From: Eledone cirrhosa
Taxonomy: Eukaryota
DNA length: 64,000 nucleotides
Direction: 5' to 3'
Assembly: GCA_964016885.1 (NCBI GenBank)
Contig: OZ024745.1
Location: 86,676,001-86,740,000 of the forward strand
Positions 1 through 13,900 of this stretch are shown one piece after another. A program made the position numbers and the translations under genes. The notes beneath the pieces were generated by a model. The model was not told the origin of the DNA. It did no database searches and saw only the letters and a program-made list of their open reading frames with translations. The first letter of the stretch is position 1, and every line of letters begins with the position of its first letter.

Positions 1-559
1 AATTAGGCAAAGTTAGTAGTTACCGTTTTGATTGCCAGGCAAACGCAGGCTGGCAGAAGACGCCTGGCGAAGGCCAGGCGCCGGAAGGGCAAATGAGAGA
101 GTGAGAACTTAAAGTTATTAGTTTTATAGGGTTCTGACCGGAAGTTACAGAAAGGGTTCTACTTCCCGTCTAGATGTTGTTAATCTATTGGGGTTGTGAG
201 TCACAACAAGGGAGGCAACTGCTACAAAGTCATTTGAGTGTCTAAATTATTTATAAATGTAACTACGATTATGTTATTACACTAGATACAGATATTTGTA
301 CAACTATATATAGATATAATTATAGGTATTAATGAAACGGTATACATTTAATAAAAAATAATAATTATAATCATTGTTAGTAATGCTATAATTGTAGTTT
401 TACCTCCAGTTCAGTAGAGAGATATACCAATATTTGTCAGCTATTATGGTTTGTTAAATTTATACCTAGATATACATAGAAATTTAGATTTGCACTAGGT
501 TTTTTTTGAGTCCTCATTCATTGAAGTATTCATTGAACCTTGTTTAACTCTTAAATATA

Positions 560-2154
560 TAAATATATATATATATATATATGCAAAAGTTTTATTTAAA
601 ATGTTGGGTTACAACGAGTAAATATTTTATAACTGATATAAAAGCACTCAACAGGTTTTGGAGTATTTTACGATATTAAACAAATGGAAATTACATTTAT
701 AAAACCATATTTATTTCATTATATATATTTCAGGGATATCATATTGAAAACTTGGCGATAAATCTTTCGATTCCTTCAATTCTTTAAACCTTCTTCATGA
801 ATATATAATTAATAATGTAATTAAACTACCTTAAAACGGTGATGATCCAAATCTATTGAATACAATTTTTAAGCTAGATAAACTTCTAGAATAAATATAA
901 GAGCATCTGTAGAACAACCGAGTATCCTAAAGTTTTTTTGAATGATTTCTGCTAAATAGGTTTGGTGAATAATTTTGGTTTTGTTTGCTTTTGACTCTGA
1001 TTGCTTCTAATAAAATTGGCAATATTGTCAAATAAATTGGAGGGATTGATTGATATGCTGGGCACACTGTGTTTTTATTACGCCCCTAGATATTCTGGGG
1101 AGGAAAATATTCTTGGCGTTTTTAATATTTTAATATATTGATATCTGTTCTATTCTATGCTTGTACGATAATCATGTAAGAAAAGGCAAGAATATTATTA
1201 TTATTAATAATGTATATTTTATGTATATATATATATATGTATGTAAACTTATGTGTATGGTAAAATCTTTTTGACGCAATGAAGATTTCCATGTGAAATA
1301 AACATTTACAGAGCTGATCATGTAAACTCACATGTGTCTATAATGTCAGTTTGAGATAACCTTCTCTTTTTCTTTCTCTTTTCTCTTTTTTCATGAAAAT
1401 ACATATATACTTATGTATTCCAGTATTTTTTGAGGTTCTATCTCAGATTTTGATTATAAACCTATGAATTTTTAAACTAAACATATAGTCACTATTTTTT
1501 CACACATTATTGATATGTGTCTCATTCATGAATATTGATGTTTACATTATAATTCATAGGAATTGATAGACTGATGAAACATAATATTTTAAAACTATCA
1601 TTTTTGTTTCTAAGTATATCTCCTCTCCTCCTCCCTCTACTCTTATATCGGCTGTTTTAACTCTATCTCCTGTATATCACCCCTCCCCTATCTCTCCCAC
1701 CTCGTATAATAGATATTACTCGATCTACCTCTCCTTATTTATTTTTGTTTTTATTTCTCCCCGTATCCTTAACACTAAATAAATAAATAAACAAATGAAT
1801 AATTACAGTACTCCCTTCCCTCATAGATCTCTCATTTGGTGGTTTTCTCTTTACATACATTTCTTCATCTTCTTCACCTTCCGCTCTTTCTTTTTCTTTT
1901 CTCCTTCTTTTTCTTTTTCCTTTTTTCCTTTTTTCTCCGTCTTTCTTTCTAACCGTCCTTAACATTTTCACTACCGTAACAACTTTTTAAATGGAAGTTG
2001 TAAACTCTAAGGTATGTCAAATTTATTTATAAAACTGTCTATATATTGTATTTTGTCTGAAGAGGGCATACCATATTTTTAATATGATATCCCTGAAATA
2101 TATATAATGAAATAAATATGGTTTTATAAATGTAATTTCCATTTGTTTAATATC

Positions 2155-2160
<6 letters not shown>
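560..2160. mobile_element. Non-coding PLE pseudo-LTR-type insertion with terminal inverted duplication (family also at 42775-44035 and 55935-56380)
   Basis: About 670-750 is the reverse complement of about 2080-2157; bounded by (TA)n; contains the HHR at 2049-2114; closely related sequence recurs at 42.8-44.0 kb and 55.9-56.4 kb. Confidence 0.6.
2049..2114 (+). ncRNA. Type I hammerhead ribozyme motif
   Basis: Stem I tattttgt/atgaaata; core CTGAAGA at 2057; hairpin stem II; GAAA at 2096; palindromic TATATA mini stem III; AUA triplet. Confidence 0.7.
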
Positions 2161-2227
<67 letters not shown>

Positions 2228-2280
2228 ATATAGAAATGGCTTCTACAGGACTAGAACTGTTTCATTCGGGAGAAATCATT

Positions 2281-2333
2281 GGGCTTCCTGATGATTTCTC
2301 CTGAATGAAACAGTTCTAGTCCCGTAGAAGCTC
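2281..2333 (+). ncRNA. Type I hammerhead ribozyme motif in a short fold-back insertion (2225-2410)
   Basis: Stem I gggcttc/gaagctc; CTGATGA at 2288; GAAAC at 2307; GTA triplet 2324-2326; 2228-2279 is an inverted partial copy; deleted relative at about 16020-16160. Confidence 0.7.
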
Positions 2334-2719
2334 TTTCTACATTAAATATTTATACTCTTCTATGTATTGAGTACCTTACTTACTGTGGTTACTCTCGATT
2401 GAACCCGGGATAAACACACACACACATATATCTATATCTATCTATCTATATATATATATAAGCCAGTGTCAGGTCACTCTTGTGTGCTACTGGTAACATG
2501 TAAACCACTACAACCTGTCGCATGGTCGGGTCGTCGGCGTTTAAACTGGCAACCCCAGCAAGTTTACTTGGTGAAGAGGGTGATTTTAGACACCTTGCAG
2601 GACAAAAAACAAAACCTGACAAAGGGCGGAAGAACTGATAAGAGTCAACGGCCTTCTAAATATGTGTAAATATGTATATACACATGTACATATTTATGTG
2701 TATGTGTATACGTATATAT

Positions 2720-5700
2720 GCCTGGGGTGTCAGGGAGGGGCATGTACCTTTGTAGGGGGGGGGGGGCTATCCAGGCCCTTTTCAGGACAGCTCGTCCTGC
2801 ATTGGGTCCCACCTGACACTCAGCTCTCCGATGTGGCCCCAAGAAGCTGTAGCATGCGACAGCGGCCACACCCTGGTACACCGCCTTGGCTGGCGGGCCG
2901 AACCAGGTTGAGGGCAGCCGGATGGGTCTGAAATCCCCCGGTGAGTTAGATAGGGGATGCCTGCCCCTGCATGCGAAGACTGGACCCGGCGGAGTGAGTG
3001 GAGGAGGACAACATCGTCCCAACAGTCACGAAAGCGGCGACAGCAAGCGATGTGGAGCGCTAGGACACGGCAAGGTACTACAGCGTCGTGGCCATCCACT
3101 GCAGCCAAGGAAGTCCCTGGTCGTGACGGTTCTCCGTACCACCGGATTCTGGCTTCTGCGGCCGAGTGAGTGGCACCGTGACTGTGCACTGGCCCTCCCA
3201 CTATAAACCTTTCCCGCACAGGTTTCTTCTTTAGCGTGCACTCCCAAAGCCCTGCGGCGATGGGTGAGAGGCGGAGGTAACAGGTGGAGGTAACCTCTGG
3301 GATTTGCCAGTCTCAAACCCACACATGGGCGGCCTGGATGCGCAAGTCATTCTCCCCCTGACGATGGGATGACAGACGAGATCAGGCATTCCACCGGGCG
3401 ACTGAGCAGCCCTTTTCAGGAGAGCACTGCTCACCCTCGCACGAAGAGAGGGGCGATAAAAGGAGCCCTAACCAAATGCTCGTCCCACACAAAGCCGGCC
3501 AGTCTACTGCGGCTGGCGGTTTTACCCTTGCAAGCGGTCGATACCAAGATAATAGAAAGAAGAACTTGATTCTTGGCGCATGGAATGTGCGCACCCTCAT
3601 GGATAGGGAAACCTCCTTGAGGCCAGAGAGAAGAACTGCCTTCATAGCAAGGGAATTAGTTCGCTACCGGATCGACATAGCCGCCCTCAGCGAGACTAGA
3701 TTTGCCGAAGAAGGATCAGTAGCAGAGCCGAAAGGAGGCTACACCTTCTTCTGGAAGGGCAATGAAAGGACGATGACAGAATCCACGGGGTAGGCCTGGC
3801 CATCAGGACTTCACTCTGCAAGCAGCTACCAGACCTCCCAACACCTGTGAGGGAGCGGCTGATGAAGCTCCGCTTCTCCCTCGACCCATCTCGGCATGTC
3901 ACAGTCACCAGCAGCGATGAAGCAAAAGACGTTTTCTACGGGGAACTCAACGCACTCGTGAAGGGTGCCCCCCAAGCGATAAACTCATCCTACTGGGGGA
4001 CTTCAACGCAAGAGTCGGGTCTGACAGCAGCAACTGGAGAGGCGTGCTGGGACCTCACGGCCCAGGGAAGCTGAACTCTAACGGCCTCATACTGTTGAGT
4101 TTCTGCACCGAGAACGACCTCACCATCACAAGCACACTGTTCCGCCAGGCAGACAAGTTCAAGACGACATGGTTGCACCCCAGATCCAAACAGTAGCATC
4201 TGATTGACTTTGCCATATGCCGCAGGAGGGACATCCGTGACGTCAGAATCACCAGGGCCATGCGTGGTGCAGAGTGTTGGACCGACCATCGCCTTGTCAG
4301 GACCATCCTGTCACTGCACACCACCCCGACGCCTCGCATGACTCCGAAAGTCTATAGGCCAGCTTTCGACGTCGCACGACTCAAGCAGCCAGAGCATCGT
4401 GATGCGTTCGCGGAAGACCTGGACGGCCGGCTGACTGCCCATGGACCACTGACCGGACCCCCAACTCAACAGTGGGACCAGTTCAGGTCGCTGGTGACAG
4501 AGTCAGCCAAGGCAACCATCGGGCCGAGGAAGAGAGTCCTCCAGGACTGGTTTGATGAAAACGATGAGCGCATCAGACAACTCCTGGACGAGAAGAGGAG
4601 GGCTTTCATTGAGTGGCAGAATGACAGCTCCTCCACCTCGAAGCGCGACGGTTTCAAGCACCTCCAGAGGCAGACCCAAGCAGCGCTACGCAGAATGCAG
4701 GACAAGTGGGGGGAAAAGAAGGCCGAAGAAGTCGAGAGATACGGTGACACAAAGAACTCAAGACGTTCTTCAGTGCCATCGGGGACGTCTACGGATCCCC
4801 CAAGCCTGTCACCACACCGCTGCTGTCTGCTGACGGCTCGATCCTGCGGAAGGAGAAGAGCAGCATCAACTCGAGGTGGAGAGAGCACTTCAACAACCTG
4901 CTCAACAGGCCCTTCACTGTCGACCCTGCCACCCTCGACCAGGTCCCACAGAAGCCCGTAGTCGGCAGCCTCGACCTCCCCCTCCACGTTGGATGAAGTC
5001 AGACCAGCTCAGGGAAGGCCCCTGGGAAGGACGGGATTCCTGCTGAGATATTCAAGTCGGTCGGTCCAGCTGCCCTGGGGGCCTTCCACACCCTCCTCGT
5101 CAACATATGGGAGGAAGGAGAGGTGCCCAAAGACTTCAGGGATGCCACAGTTGTCTCGCTTTTTAAGAACAAAGGCAGCAAAACTGACTGTGGGAAATAT
5201 CGGGGCATTTCTCTCCTGTCCATCTCTGGGAAGGTCCTGGCTCGGGTCATGCTCAACCGCCTCATTGACAACATCTCTGAGGCCCAGTGTGGGTTCCGCC
5301 CAAACCGCAGCACGATCGACATGATCTTCTCTGTACGCCAGGTGCAGGAGAAATGTGTCGAGCAGAACATGGATCTCTTTGTCGTCTTCATAGACTTGAC
5401 GTGGCATTCGACACTGTCAACGGGGAAGCCCTCTGGTCGATCCTGCCGAAGTTTGGATGCCCGACAAAGTTTGTGAACCTGATACGGCAATTCCATCACG
5501 ACATGACCGGGCAGGTGCGCTCGGGCGGAGAGGCATTGGAGCAGTTCGGAATCACCAACGGCATCAAACAAGGATGCGTGCTGGCTCCCGTCTTCTTCAA
5601 CCTGTTCTTCACCTGTGTGCTCAGTCATGCCGTCAGGGACCTCGAGCACGGAGTGTATCTGCGATACAGACTGGACGGCTCCCTGTTTGACCTGCGGCGC

Positions 5701-6742
5701 CTGACGGCCAAGACAAGGAACGTGCAGAGGATCGTTCTGGAGGCACTTTCTGCTGACAACTGTGCCCTCATGGCCCACAGGGAGTCTGACATCCAACTCA
5801 TCGTCAACAATTTCGCGGAGGCCTCCTGCCTCTTCGGTCTCACAATTAGCCTTGGCAAGACTGAGGTCCTCTTCCAGCCTGCACCTGCCTCCGTCTCCCA
5901 CCCACCTTCCATCTTCATCGGAGGCACCCAGCTAAAGACGGTGGACGACTTCAAGTACCTCGGCAGTGTCATCAGCAGCGATGGAAGCCTCGATAAGGAG
6001 ATAAACGCCAGAATCTGCAAGGCCAGTAAAGCCCTCGGCCGCCTGAGGACACGCGTCCTGAACCAGCACAACATTAGGCAGTCCACCAAACTCAAGGTGT
6101 ACAGGGCCGTTGTTCTCACCAACCTCCTCTACGGATATGAGACATGGACCCTGTACAGAAGGCACCTGAAGCAGCTGGAACGTTTCCACATGCGCAGCCT
6201 ACGGTCGATCATGAACATCAAATGGCAGGACAAGGTCTCCAACATCGAAGTTCTTGACATGACTGAGACAACCAGTGTCGAAGCTATGATACTGAAGAAC
6301 CAACTTCGATGGGTGGGTCATGTCATCCGGATGGACGATCACAGGATTCCGAAGCAACTGATGTATGGGGGACTCTGTTCGGGGAAACGAAAGCGGGGCA
6401 GGCCTCTCAAGAAGTTCAAAGACTTCGTGAAGTCCAGTATCAACAACACTGGTATCGCGCCAAAACAACTCGAGTCTCATGCTCAGGACAGGACTGAGTG
6501 GCGAGCCGTTACCAGACGCGCCAAAGACTTTTTGAAGAGAAGAGACGGGCCGAGGTCACTGAGGCCCGTGAAATGATGAGAAAGGCATCAACAGCTGCCC
6601 CAAGCGATTCCAGTCTCTTCCCCTGCCCCCACTGTCCCCGGACCTGCAAGTCAAGGATCGGCCTCCACAGCCACCTTCATGCCCATGGCAGACGGGAACT
6701 AAAGTAAAGAAGACGTCATCATCGTTTACGATGGACAACCAA
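2720..6742 (+). mobile_element. Near full-length degenerate RTE-clade (BovB-like) LINE
   Basis: GC-rich 5' UTR followed by frameshifted APE (WNVRTL, ALSETR, YTFFWKG, CWTDHRLV), RT (YRGISLLS, QCGFRPNRST, AFDTVN, GIKQGCVLAP, FKYLGS) and C-terminal CxxC-HxxxH finger; short 3' UTR ending in AT microsatellite. Confidence 0.92.
3476..6707 (+). pseudogene. Frameshifted APE endonuclease-reverse transcriptase ORF of RTE LINE
   Basis: Split among ORFs 3476-3793, 4260-4961, 5123-5476, 5287-6576 and 6498-6707; catalytic (Y/F)ADD reads SADN, so inactive. Confidence 0.9.
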
Positions 6743-7096
6743 TATATATCAGTGCGTGTGTATGTGTACGAATGCGTCAATATATAACATATGGCATATA
6801 CAGCTTATGAAGAACTATGTTAAATCTCATATTTTAATTAACAACACTACATAGTAAGTAAAAAAAAACCTATCTTAAACGAGCAGACCTGAAATAACGT
6901 TGTTTGCTTTCTGACAGTTATATTAATCCTATTTTACATTTCAATATGATATTATCACATCTCAGCTGCTTTTGTGTGTACATTATAGAAATATATTATT
7001 TCTCATTCATATCTTTCTAGATTTGATATAATGCGATACATACCATGAATAAACTGGGTTTTTTTTTCTGGTGTTTTGTTTGCTAAATTGACATTA

Positions 7097-7315
7097 CAAG
7101 GGTCTGATGAAAATTTCATGGCTTTGAGGGTATTGCGAAAGGCTTAGATGGAGGAATAACCTTCTGAGGTTTATTTTTAACGGGACATATAAAAACTAAA
7201 GGACCGCTGCAATAAGTGTGTCAATCTGAGAGAGGAATATGTTAAATATAATCATAATTAAATGATCCTCCTGTATTATTTTTATCCAAAGCCAGGAAGT
7301 TTCAACATCCTCTCG
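7097..7315. mobile_element. Tc1/mariner-derived MITE or internally deleted copy
   Basis: TA flanks at 7095 and 7316; imperfect TIRs caagggtctgatgaaaatttcatggcttt / aaagccaggaagtttcaacatcctctcg; internal DRCNKCVNLREEYVK resembles the mariner transposase C-terminus. Confidence 0.6.
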
Positions 7316-9422
7316 TAAGTGTCCTTCTTTTAAATAACTGACAAGATCCCAGACCTCATTCGCTTACCGAGTGAGGTGGAATTTGTCAATTTGGACCAAG
7401 GAGATAATGTTTTCATTGGTCTTTTCATTGCTAATACTATCTTGTTGCGAGCGACAGAAAGAGTAACGTGAAATAAAATGTTTTGCTCATGGACATAACA
7501 CACCACCCGGTCCGAGAATCGAATTACACTAAACAACAGCATAAGAGTGACATTAAGGCAAATAAATAAACGAACTCTGAGCGCAAATGAAAATAAATAC
7601 TACTTCCTATTCGCTTTCAAGACAGTGAAAGAAAACATACAGAATTGTGATAGAATGATGATTTTGTTTTGAATTAATGAATAAGCTACGTACGTATTCT
7701 GTAAATGTTTTTCTGGTCGTAAACATTATCAACTATTCCTCCTTACACAGAGAAACATAACAGAGATTATTCTGGTGCATTTCAGACATTATTGTGTTCT
7801 CGTCAAAAGATAAGTTCTCGTATTGTTTCATGAATGGGGGAGTATTACGCTAGCAATGCGATATTCGTAGATCATACAGAATATAGAAAAGCATGAAATA
7901 GTTTAAGTTGCATGTCACACAAACGTTTGAGGACTACATTAAATATATAATAAATATTTATGCTAGAACACAGTGTGAATTTGATTGACTAAAAGCCTGA
8001 AATTCAGGTATAAGAATAAACTGTTTTTCTAGGTATGAGGGATAATTGAAAGTGTTTGCACTTTACAGGTCATTCTTTTCACAGTTAAGGTTTCTAATTA
8101 AAAGAAAAATGGTTGTTATCCTTACATTAATTTTACGCATACACACACAAATGCATATATATATATATATATAGTAATAATAATAAATTTGAAGACTAAA
8201 ATCCAAAGAGGGCTCGATAAGGATAAATATATATAAGAACCGTAGAGCAATATTTATTAAAATAACAGATTAAAGTTTAAGCAAAGAATCGCTGCTTTCA
8301 CCCTTAACGGGATCTTCTGAAGCTAAAAAAGTCAATCTGTGAACGCAGAAGTAAATATTTCAAAAAACGTTGCAACCGAAGGAGGACATACTTTGGTTCG
8401 TGGAAACGTTCCCTGGCAAAGAACGGAAAAAAACGAAGATAATACGTCATTATTTGGTGCTGTGAAAACAATTACACGCAAAGACAAAACCACGTTTATG
8501 GTATAAATGAAGTCGTAGACTAATATTCTATTAGGTAGTTGATGGAGACGGTCTCTGGCAATGAACGAAAAAAAACGAAGATAATACGTCATTATGTGGA
8601 GCGTTGAGAACAATTACACGCAAAGACATAACCACGTTTATGGTATAACTGAAGTCGTAGACTAAAATTCTATTTAGGAAGCCGAATGATTCTTGGCTTC
8701 AGAGTTAACAATAAAGTAAATAAAATACAGAGGTAATTGAAATTAAATATATACATACACGCATGCAACTACGTACAAACACAAGCATACGCGAAAACAC
8801 TCGCCATGGGTATGCAAATACAAGCACGTACACAAAAAACAAACAAACCCGCACGCCCATACAGAACCCACGCAACGCCTTTACCCGCACACATACGAAC
8901 GTATACACCAAATACACATAACAATATATATAAAAAAAATATATATATACAAGGGCGGTGCCCCAGCATGGCCTCAGCCGGATGGCTGAAATAGGTAAAA
9001 GAGTAAAAGAGTATATGTCTGTGTGTGTGCGTGTATACATAATTAAATAAACATATATAAATATACACACATAAATACGTATATAACGCGCACACACACA
9101 TACCTACATGTAAATACACATATGTTTGCGGACGTACGTCAATCAAAACACAAAGTACACATATATACACCCTACATGCGTACAAACCCGCATACTCACA
9201 CATACGCAAAACTCACGTATACACATAACCAAATGCACATGTACCAATATATATAATATATACGCCATAACATATACAAGCAAATATACGTACGAGAAAG
9301 TATACGTACCTTCACAAAACATACAGGTAATATCTACTTACTTATACAAATAAGTAATGGTATAAACATAACATATACTTAACTACCACATCAAGACGTA
9401 AAATATCCACGTATAGATCGTA

Positions 9423-10706
9423 CTAACCGTTAGGGTATAATGTGGGGCTGTAATACAGGAAAGTTTTGTGCAATTTATGTTTACAAGCCGAAATTGCCTC
9501 AGATTTTTTGTTTAAGATGTGGTCTTTGGCGTAGAGTATTTCCAGGGCCTCAGCGGCGCAGAGATCACATGGTCTTTTATATCCGTTATACGATCTAGCC
9601 TTAGCTAGGATCTCCCAGTGCAACTTATATTGGGTGTGGTTGTCTTTTAGACTCCAGATATAAGCTGAAAGTGACGTCATATTCCTTCTTAAAGGATTAA
9701 GAAAAGAATGGGTATGCATGTAAAGACGCTGCTTGAATCTATTGGCGGTTAACCCTATGTAGGCCCTACGGGACGTGGGTGTTTCAACCTTACATTTGTA
9801 GACAATGTTACTAGAGAGGCATTTCCCGGATAGGGGGCAGTCAACCCGATTCCTACAATTACAGTTAGTACTAGCTACAGGGTTGCACGTGTAACGACGG
9901 CAAGGTAATTTAGCTACATTTGAAGCTGTGATGTTATGTGCAAGGTTAGGAGTTGTAGAGTAAGAAATTTTAATGGTATTTCTATTAAAAATGTTACTAT
10001 ATTTATGTGTTGGGGGAAATGCTTCATAATAAGGGAGAGAAAGATCTTAGCTAATGGTGTGGCCACCTCCATATTATATGGTGGGTTATACCATATAATG
10101 CGTCGGGATCTATTTTTCCTAGGTCTATTCTCGTACTCTGTATAAGCTACCTTATCGACAAATCCACTCCGAGCAAGAGCTTCATTGTAATATGTGGAAT
10201 GGTCGTTGAAAATATGCTCGTTAGTAGATATACGGGAAAGCCTCAAAGAAACGTTTCTTACCAGGTTCTTGGTTATGCTGGCAGGATGGTTAGAGTGCTT
10301 ACTTATGTAATTAAGCGTATCATTCGGCTTTCTATACGGGTAATGCAAGCCATTCAACACATTGAGAGTAACGTCGAGGTAATTAACGACCGAGAGGTTG
10401 GCTTCAACCTGTATGGAGAGGCTGTGAGTTCCTTTCTGAACCTGTCGCAAGCACGTGGGCCGCACTTTGTCATGGTCAAAAGACGGTCATCACAGTACAA
10501 ACCACCGCCCACGTTGGGGAATTCTTCCTTGATTGAGAAAAGAAGGAAAAGGCCGATAAGATCAGTAACCTCCGCAGAATCGCTGGCGCCCAACACTCAC
10601 GTCGAATGGGATACTATTAGATTTTTAAATCCAAATAGAGTCGTCGAAATTAATCACCGACTTACGGGCATTGAGGATGGCATCAACTCCGAAATCCTTA
10701 ACCAAT
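9423..10706 (-). pseudogene. PLE reverse transcriptase C-terminal half plus GIY-YIG endonuclease (frameshifted)
   Basis: GASDSAEVTDLIG, GGGLYCDD, NYLDVTL, YRKPND, SNHP, IIWYNPPY; then TSLSAYIWSLK, WEIL, CDLCAAE, LNKKSE, CKH. Confidence 0.88.
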
Positions 10707-10829
10707 GACGTATATCTTTGTTTTTTTCTGTCCTTTGCCAGGGAACGTTTCCAGGAACCAAAGTATCGTCTTCCTTCGGTTGTAACGATTTTTGGAATAT
10801 GTATTTATCTGTTCACAGATTGATTTTTT

Positions 10830-10880
10830 AGTTTCAGAAGATCCCGTTAAGGGTGAAAGCAGCGATTCTTTGCTTAAACT
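10830..10880 (+). ncRNA. Variant hammerhead motif (CAGAAGA core); other copies near 8275-8325(-), 15430-15480(-), 15556-15606(+), 15745-15795(-)
   Basis: Stem I agttt/aaact extended by acagattga/ttaatctgt; stem II ccc/ggg; GAAA; 5-bp stem III agcag/ttgct; triplet CUU. Confidence 0.5.
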
Positions 10881-10905
10881 TTAATCTGTTATTTTAATTA
10901 AAATA

Positions 10906-10943
<38 letters not shown>

Positions 10944-10944
<1 letters not shown>

Positions 10945-13900
10945 CATCATCATCATCATCATCATTTTACGTCCGCTTTTCCCTGCTTGCAAGGGTGGGA
11001 CGGGTCTTATTCAGCACAGCATCTCTCCACTCGTCACGGTCCCTTGTCATCTCCACCGTGAGCTTCAATGATCTGAGGTCTGTTCTCACCACCTCCGCCC
11101 ATGTTTTTCGTGGTCTACCTCTACCACGTCTTCCTTCAACTGGCATTTCCTGGCACTTCTTCACCCATCGGTCATCCTCCATGCGCATCACATGTCCATA
11201 CCACCTCAGTCTCCTCTCCCGTACACTACATTCTATCCCTCTCAGACACAGTTTCTCTCTCAACACATTTATGCTGGGTCGTTCACGCACATTTACACTG
11301 CACATCCAACGGAGCATGCTTGCCTCATTTCTCTCCAGCCGTCGCATATCTTCTGCGGTAGCTGCCCATGTCTCACTACCATGCAGCATCGCGCTCCTCA
11401 CACAGGCATCATACAACCGGCCTTTCGTACGCAGGGAGAAACCCTTCTTCGTCAACAGAGGAAGCAGCTCCCTAAACTTCTTCCAACCCGTCCTTATTCT
11501 AGATACTATGGCCTCGGAACACCCTCCTCCCATGCTAATCTGATCTCCTAGGTACCGGAAGCTATCCACCACTTCTATAGCGCCCTCTCGCATTTGAAAA
11601 ATGTGTCTATCAGTGCGACTTCTACTGTCTAATTTCCCTGTACATCTACTGCATACATATTTCTCCCTACCTGTTAGTTTGCCTGCTATCCCGCTACATC
11701 TCTTGTGTACCCAGGACCTACATTGTGTGCATTTTATAGAATTTATGCCAGTTCCTTTTCTGCATATCGAACATGGCCATTTCCCTGACGGAATCAGGGT
11801 TTTGTCCTCTTTTCTACTCATCAACACTTTTGTCTTAGCTAGATTTACTCTCAGTCCTCTTGCTTCCAACTGCTGTTTCCATAGCCGGAATTTATTCTCT
11901 AGCTCCTCTACTGATTCTGCCATAAGAGCCAGATCGTCAGCATAGAGAAGTTCCCATGGACAGCCAGTCTTAAACTCCTCTGTTATGGCTTGGAGGACTA
12001 TAATGAACAAGAGCGGGCTGAGGACCGAACCCTGATGTACTCCTACTTGTATCTGGAATTCCTCACTAAACTCCATTCCTACCCTGACTTTACTGAGAGT
12101 ACCTCTGTACAAAGTTTGCACTGTCCTTACAAGCCATTCCTCAACACCCAGCTTCCTTAGGGACCACCAGATGACAGATCGGGGTACCCTATCAAAGGCC
12201 TTCTCTAGGTCAACAAAGGCTAAGTATAGTGGCTTATTCTTCTCTAAGAACCTCTCTTGCATTTGTCTCACCAAGAAGAGGGCATCTGTTGTACTCTTCC
12301 CAGGCACAAAACCAAACTGCATCTCATCTAGTTTGACCCTTTCTCTAATTAGTTGTGCTAAAATCCTTTCTGCCACTTTCATAACCTGATCTATCAGTTT
12401 TATACCCCTATAATTGCTCCTCTCCAAAGCATCCCCTTTACCTTTGTAGCAATTTATGAGAATACTGCTGCACCAGTCTTTGGGTATGACACCACCATAT
12501 ATAGCCTGATTGATTATGCGTGCAACCAGTTTAGTGCCTACGTCCCCTGATGCCTTCAGCATCTCAGCAACTATTCCCGATGGTCCGGCCGCCTTACCAT
12601 TTTTCATTTCCCTAATCGCTTCTTGGACCCTATATTCGTCAATCTCAATAGCTGGTCCCTCTGTCGGATCTACCAAGGGTAATTTCTCTCTCTCCCATTC
12701 GTTCTCCACATTCATCAGTCTCTCATAATGACATTTCCAGGCCTCCTTTTTCTGGTCATTCGTGACACTAAGTACACCGGCATCATCCCGGACACATTTA
12801 TCACCAACAACATCCTGATTTGCATTGACACACTGCCTTGCAATGTGGAACACCGCACGCCTCTGATCTTCCCGTCGCAGAACATTGGCAAACCTCCTAC
12901 TCTCTGCCTCCCTGCGTGCTAAGTACACCTGACGTCTAGCTTCTCTCTTAGTGGCTGTATATTCTAGTCTTTTGTCTCTAATAGCCTTATCTACACTGCT
13001 GTTCCACCACCAGGTCACTCTCTGTCTGGTTGGAGCTCTGCTCCAGCCACAGGTTTCATCAGTAGCCTTCAGCAAGTTGTCACGTAAGAACTTCCAGTTA
13101 TTATCTATGTCATACGTCTCTAAATCGTCTTCTTTTTCGTCATATACATCTTGAAGGGCTTTCCTAAATTTGAATTTTAGTGAAAGGTCTTTTAGCTTCC
13201 AGACCTTTCTTCTCCACACCTTCCTATATGTCTCATTCCATCTCTTGCTTACTGAGATATCACTAACAACTAACCTATGCTGTGGGGTACATTCTTCCCC
13301 AGGGTATGCCTTGGTATTAGACACTATCTGCCTGTCCCGCTGCCTAACTAGCAGGAAGTCAATCTGGCTTATGTGCTCACCAGATTTGTAGGTTATTAGG
13401 TGATTGGCAGGTTTCTGGAAGTTTGTGTTGCAAATAGTCAATGTACTTGCATCACAAAATTCAAGAAGTCTCACTCCTTCTTCATTTCTTGAACCGTAAC
13501 CGTGCCCACCATGTACCCCAGTGTAACCATCCTGGAGCTGTCCAACATGACCATTGAAGTCTCCTGCTAGCATAACGATGTCTCCGTCCTCTGTCATTGT
13601 GGTTGTTTGCAAAAGTTGCTCATAAAAGCAGTCTTTCTCATCTTTGCCTAGGCCTGCTTGGGGAGCATAGACCGAGATGATTGTCAGTAGTCTCCTACCT
13701 ACAACTAATCTAAGCTTAATTATTCGATTACTAACTCGAACTACCTCTATTGTCTTATTGATCCATTTCTCAGCCAGGAAAATGCCTACTCCCCCTAACC
13801 CATCATCCTTACCTACCCAGAATAGCTTATAGCTAAGACGCTTGCCTACGACTAGTCTCGCAGAGGCACCTCTCCATCTCACCTCTTGCACGCAGCACAC

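Larger units (their letters stand above)
8190..10902 (-). mobile_element. 5'-truncated Penelope-like element with inverted pseudo-LTR copy at its 5' end
   Basis: RT and GIY-YIG remnants on the minus strand; 10707-10900 is the reverse complement of about 8255-8450; both ends in (TA)n. Confidence 0.88.

Noticed and set aside
1-282. Possible minus-strand LTR end (ttattaca, ttttata)
   Set aside because: Truncated by the window edge; no second terminus or internal region
4466-6480. Minus-strand ORFs of up to 300 aa
   Set aside because: Antisense shadows of the GC-rich RTE coding sequence
7104-7126. CTGATGA...GAAA as a hammerhead
   Set aside because: Lies in the mariner-type TIR, with no supporting stems
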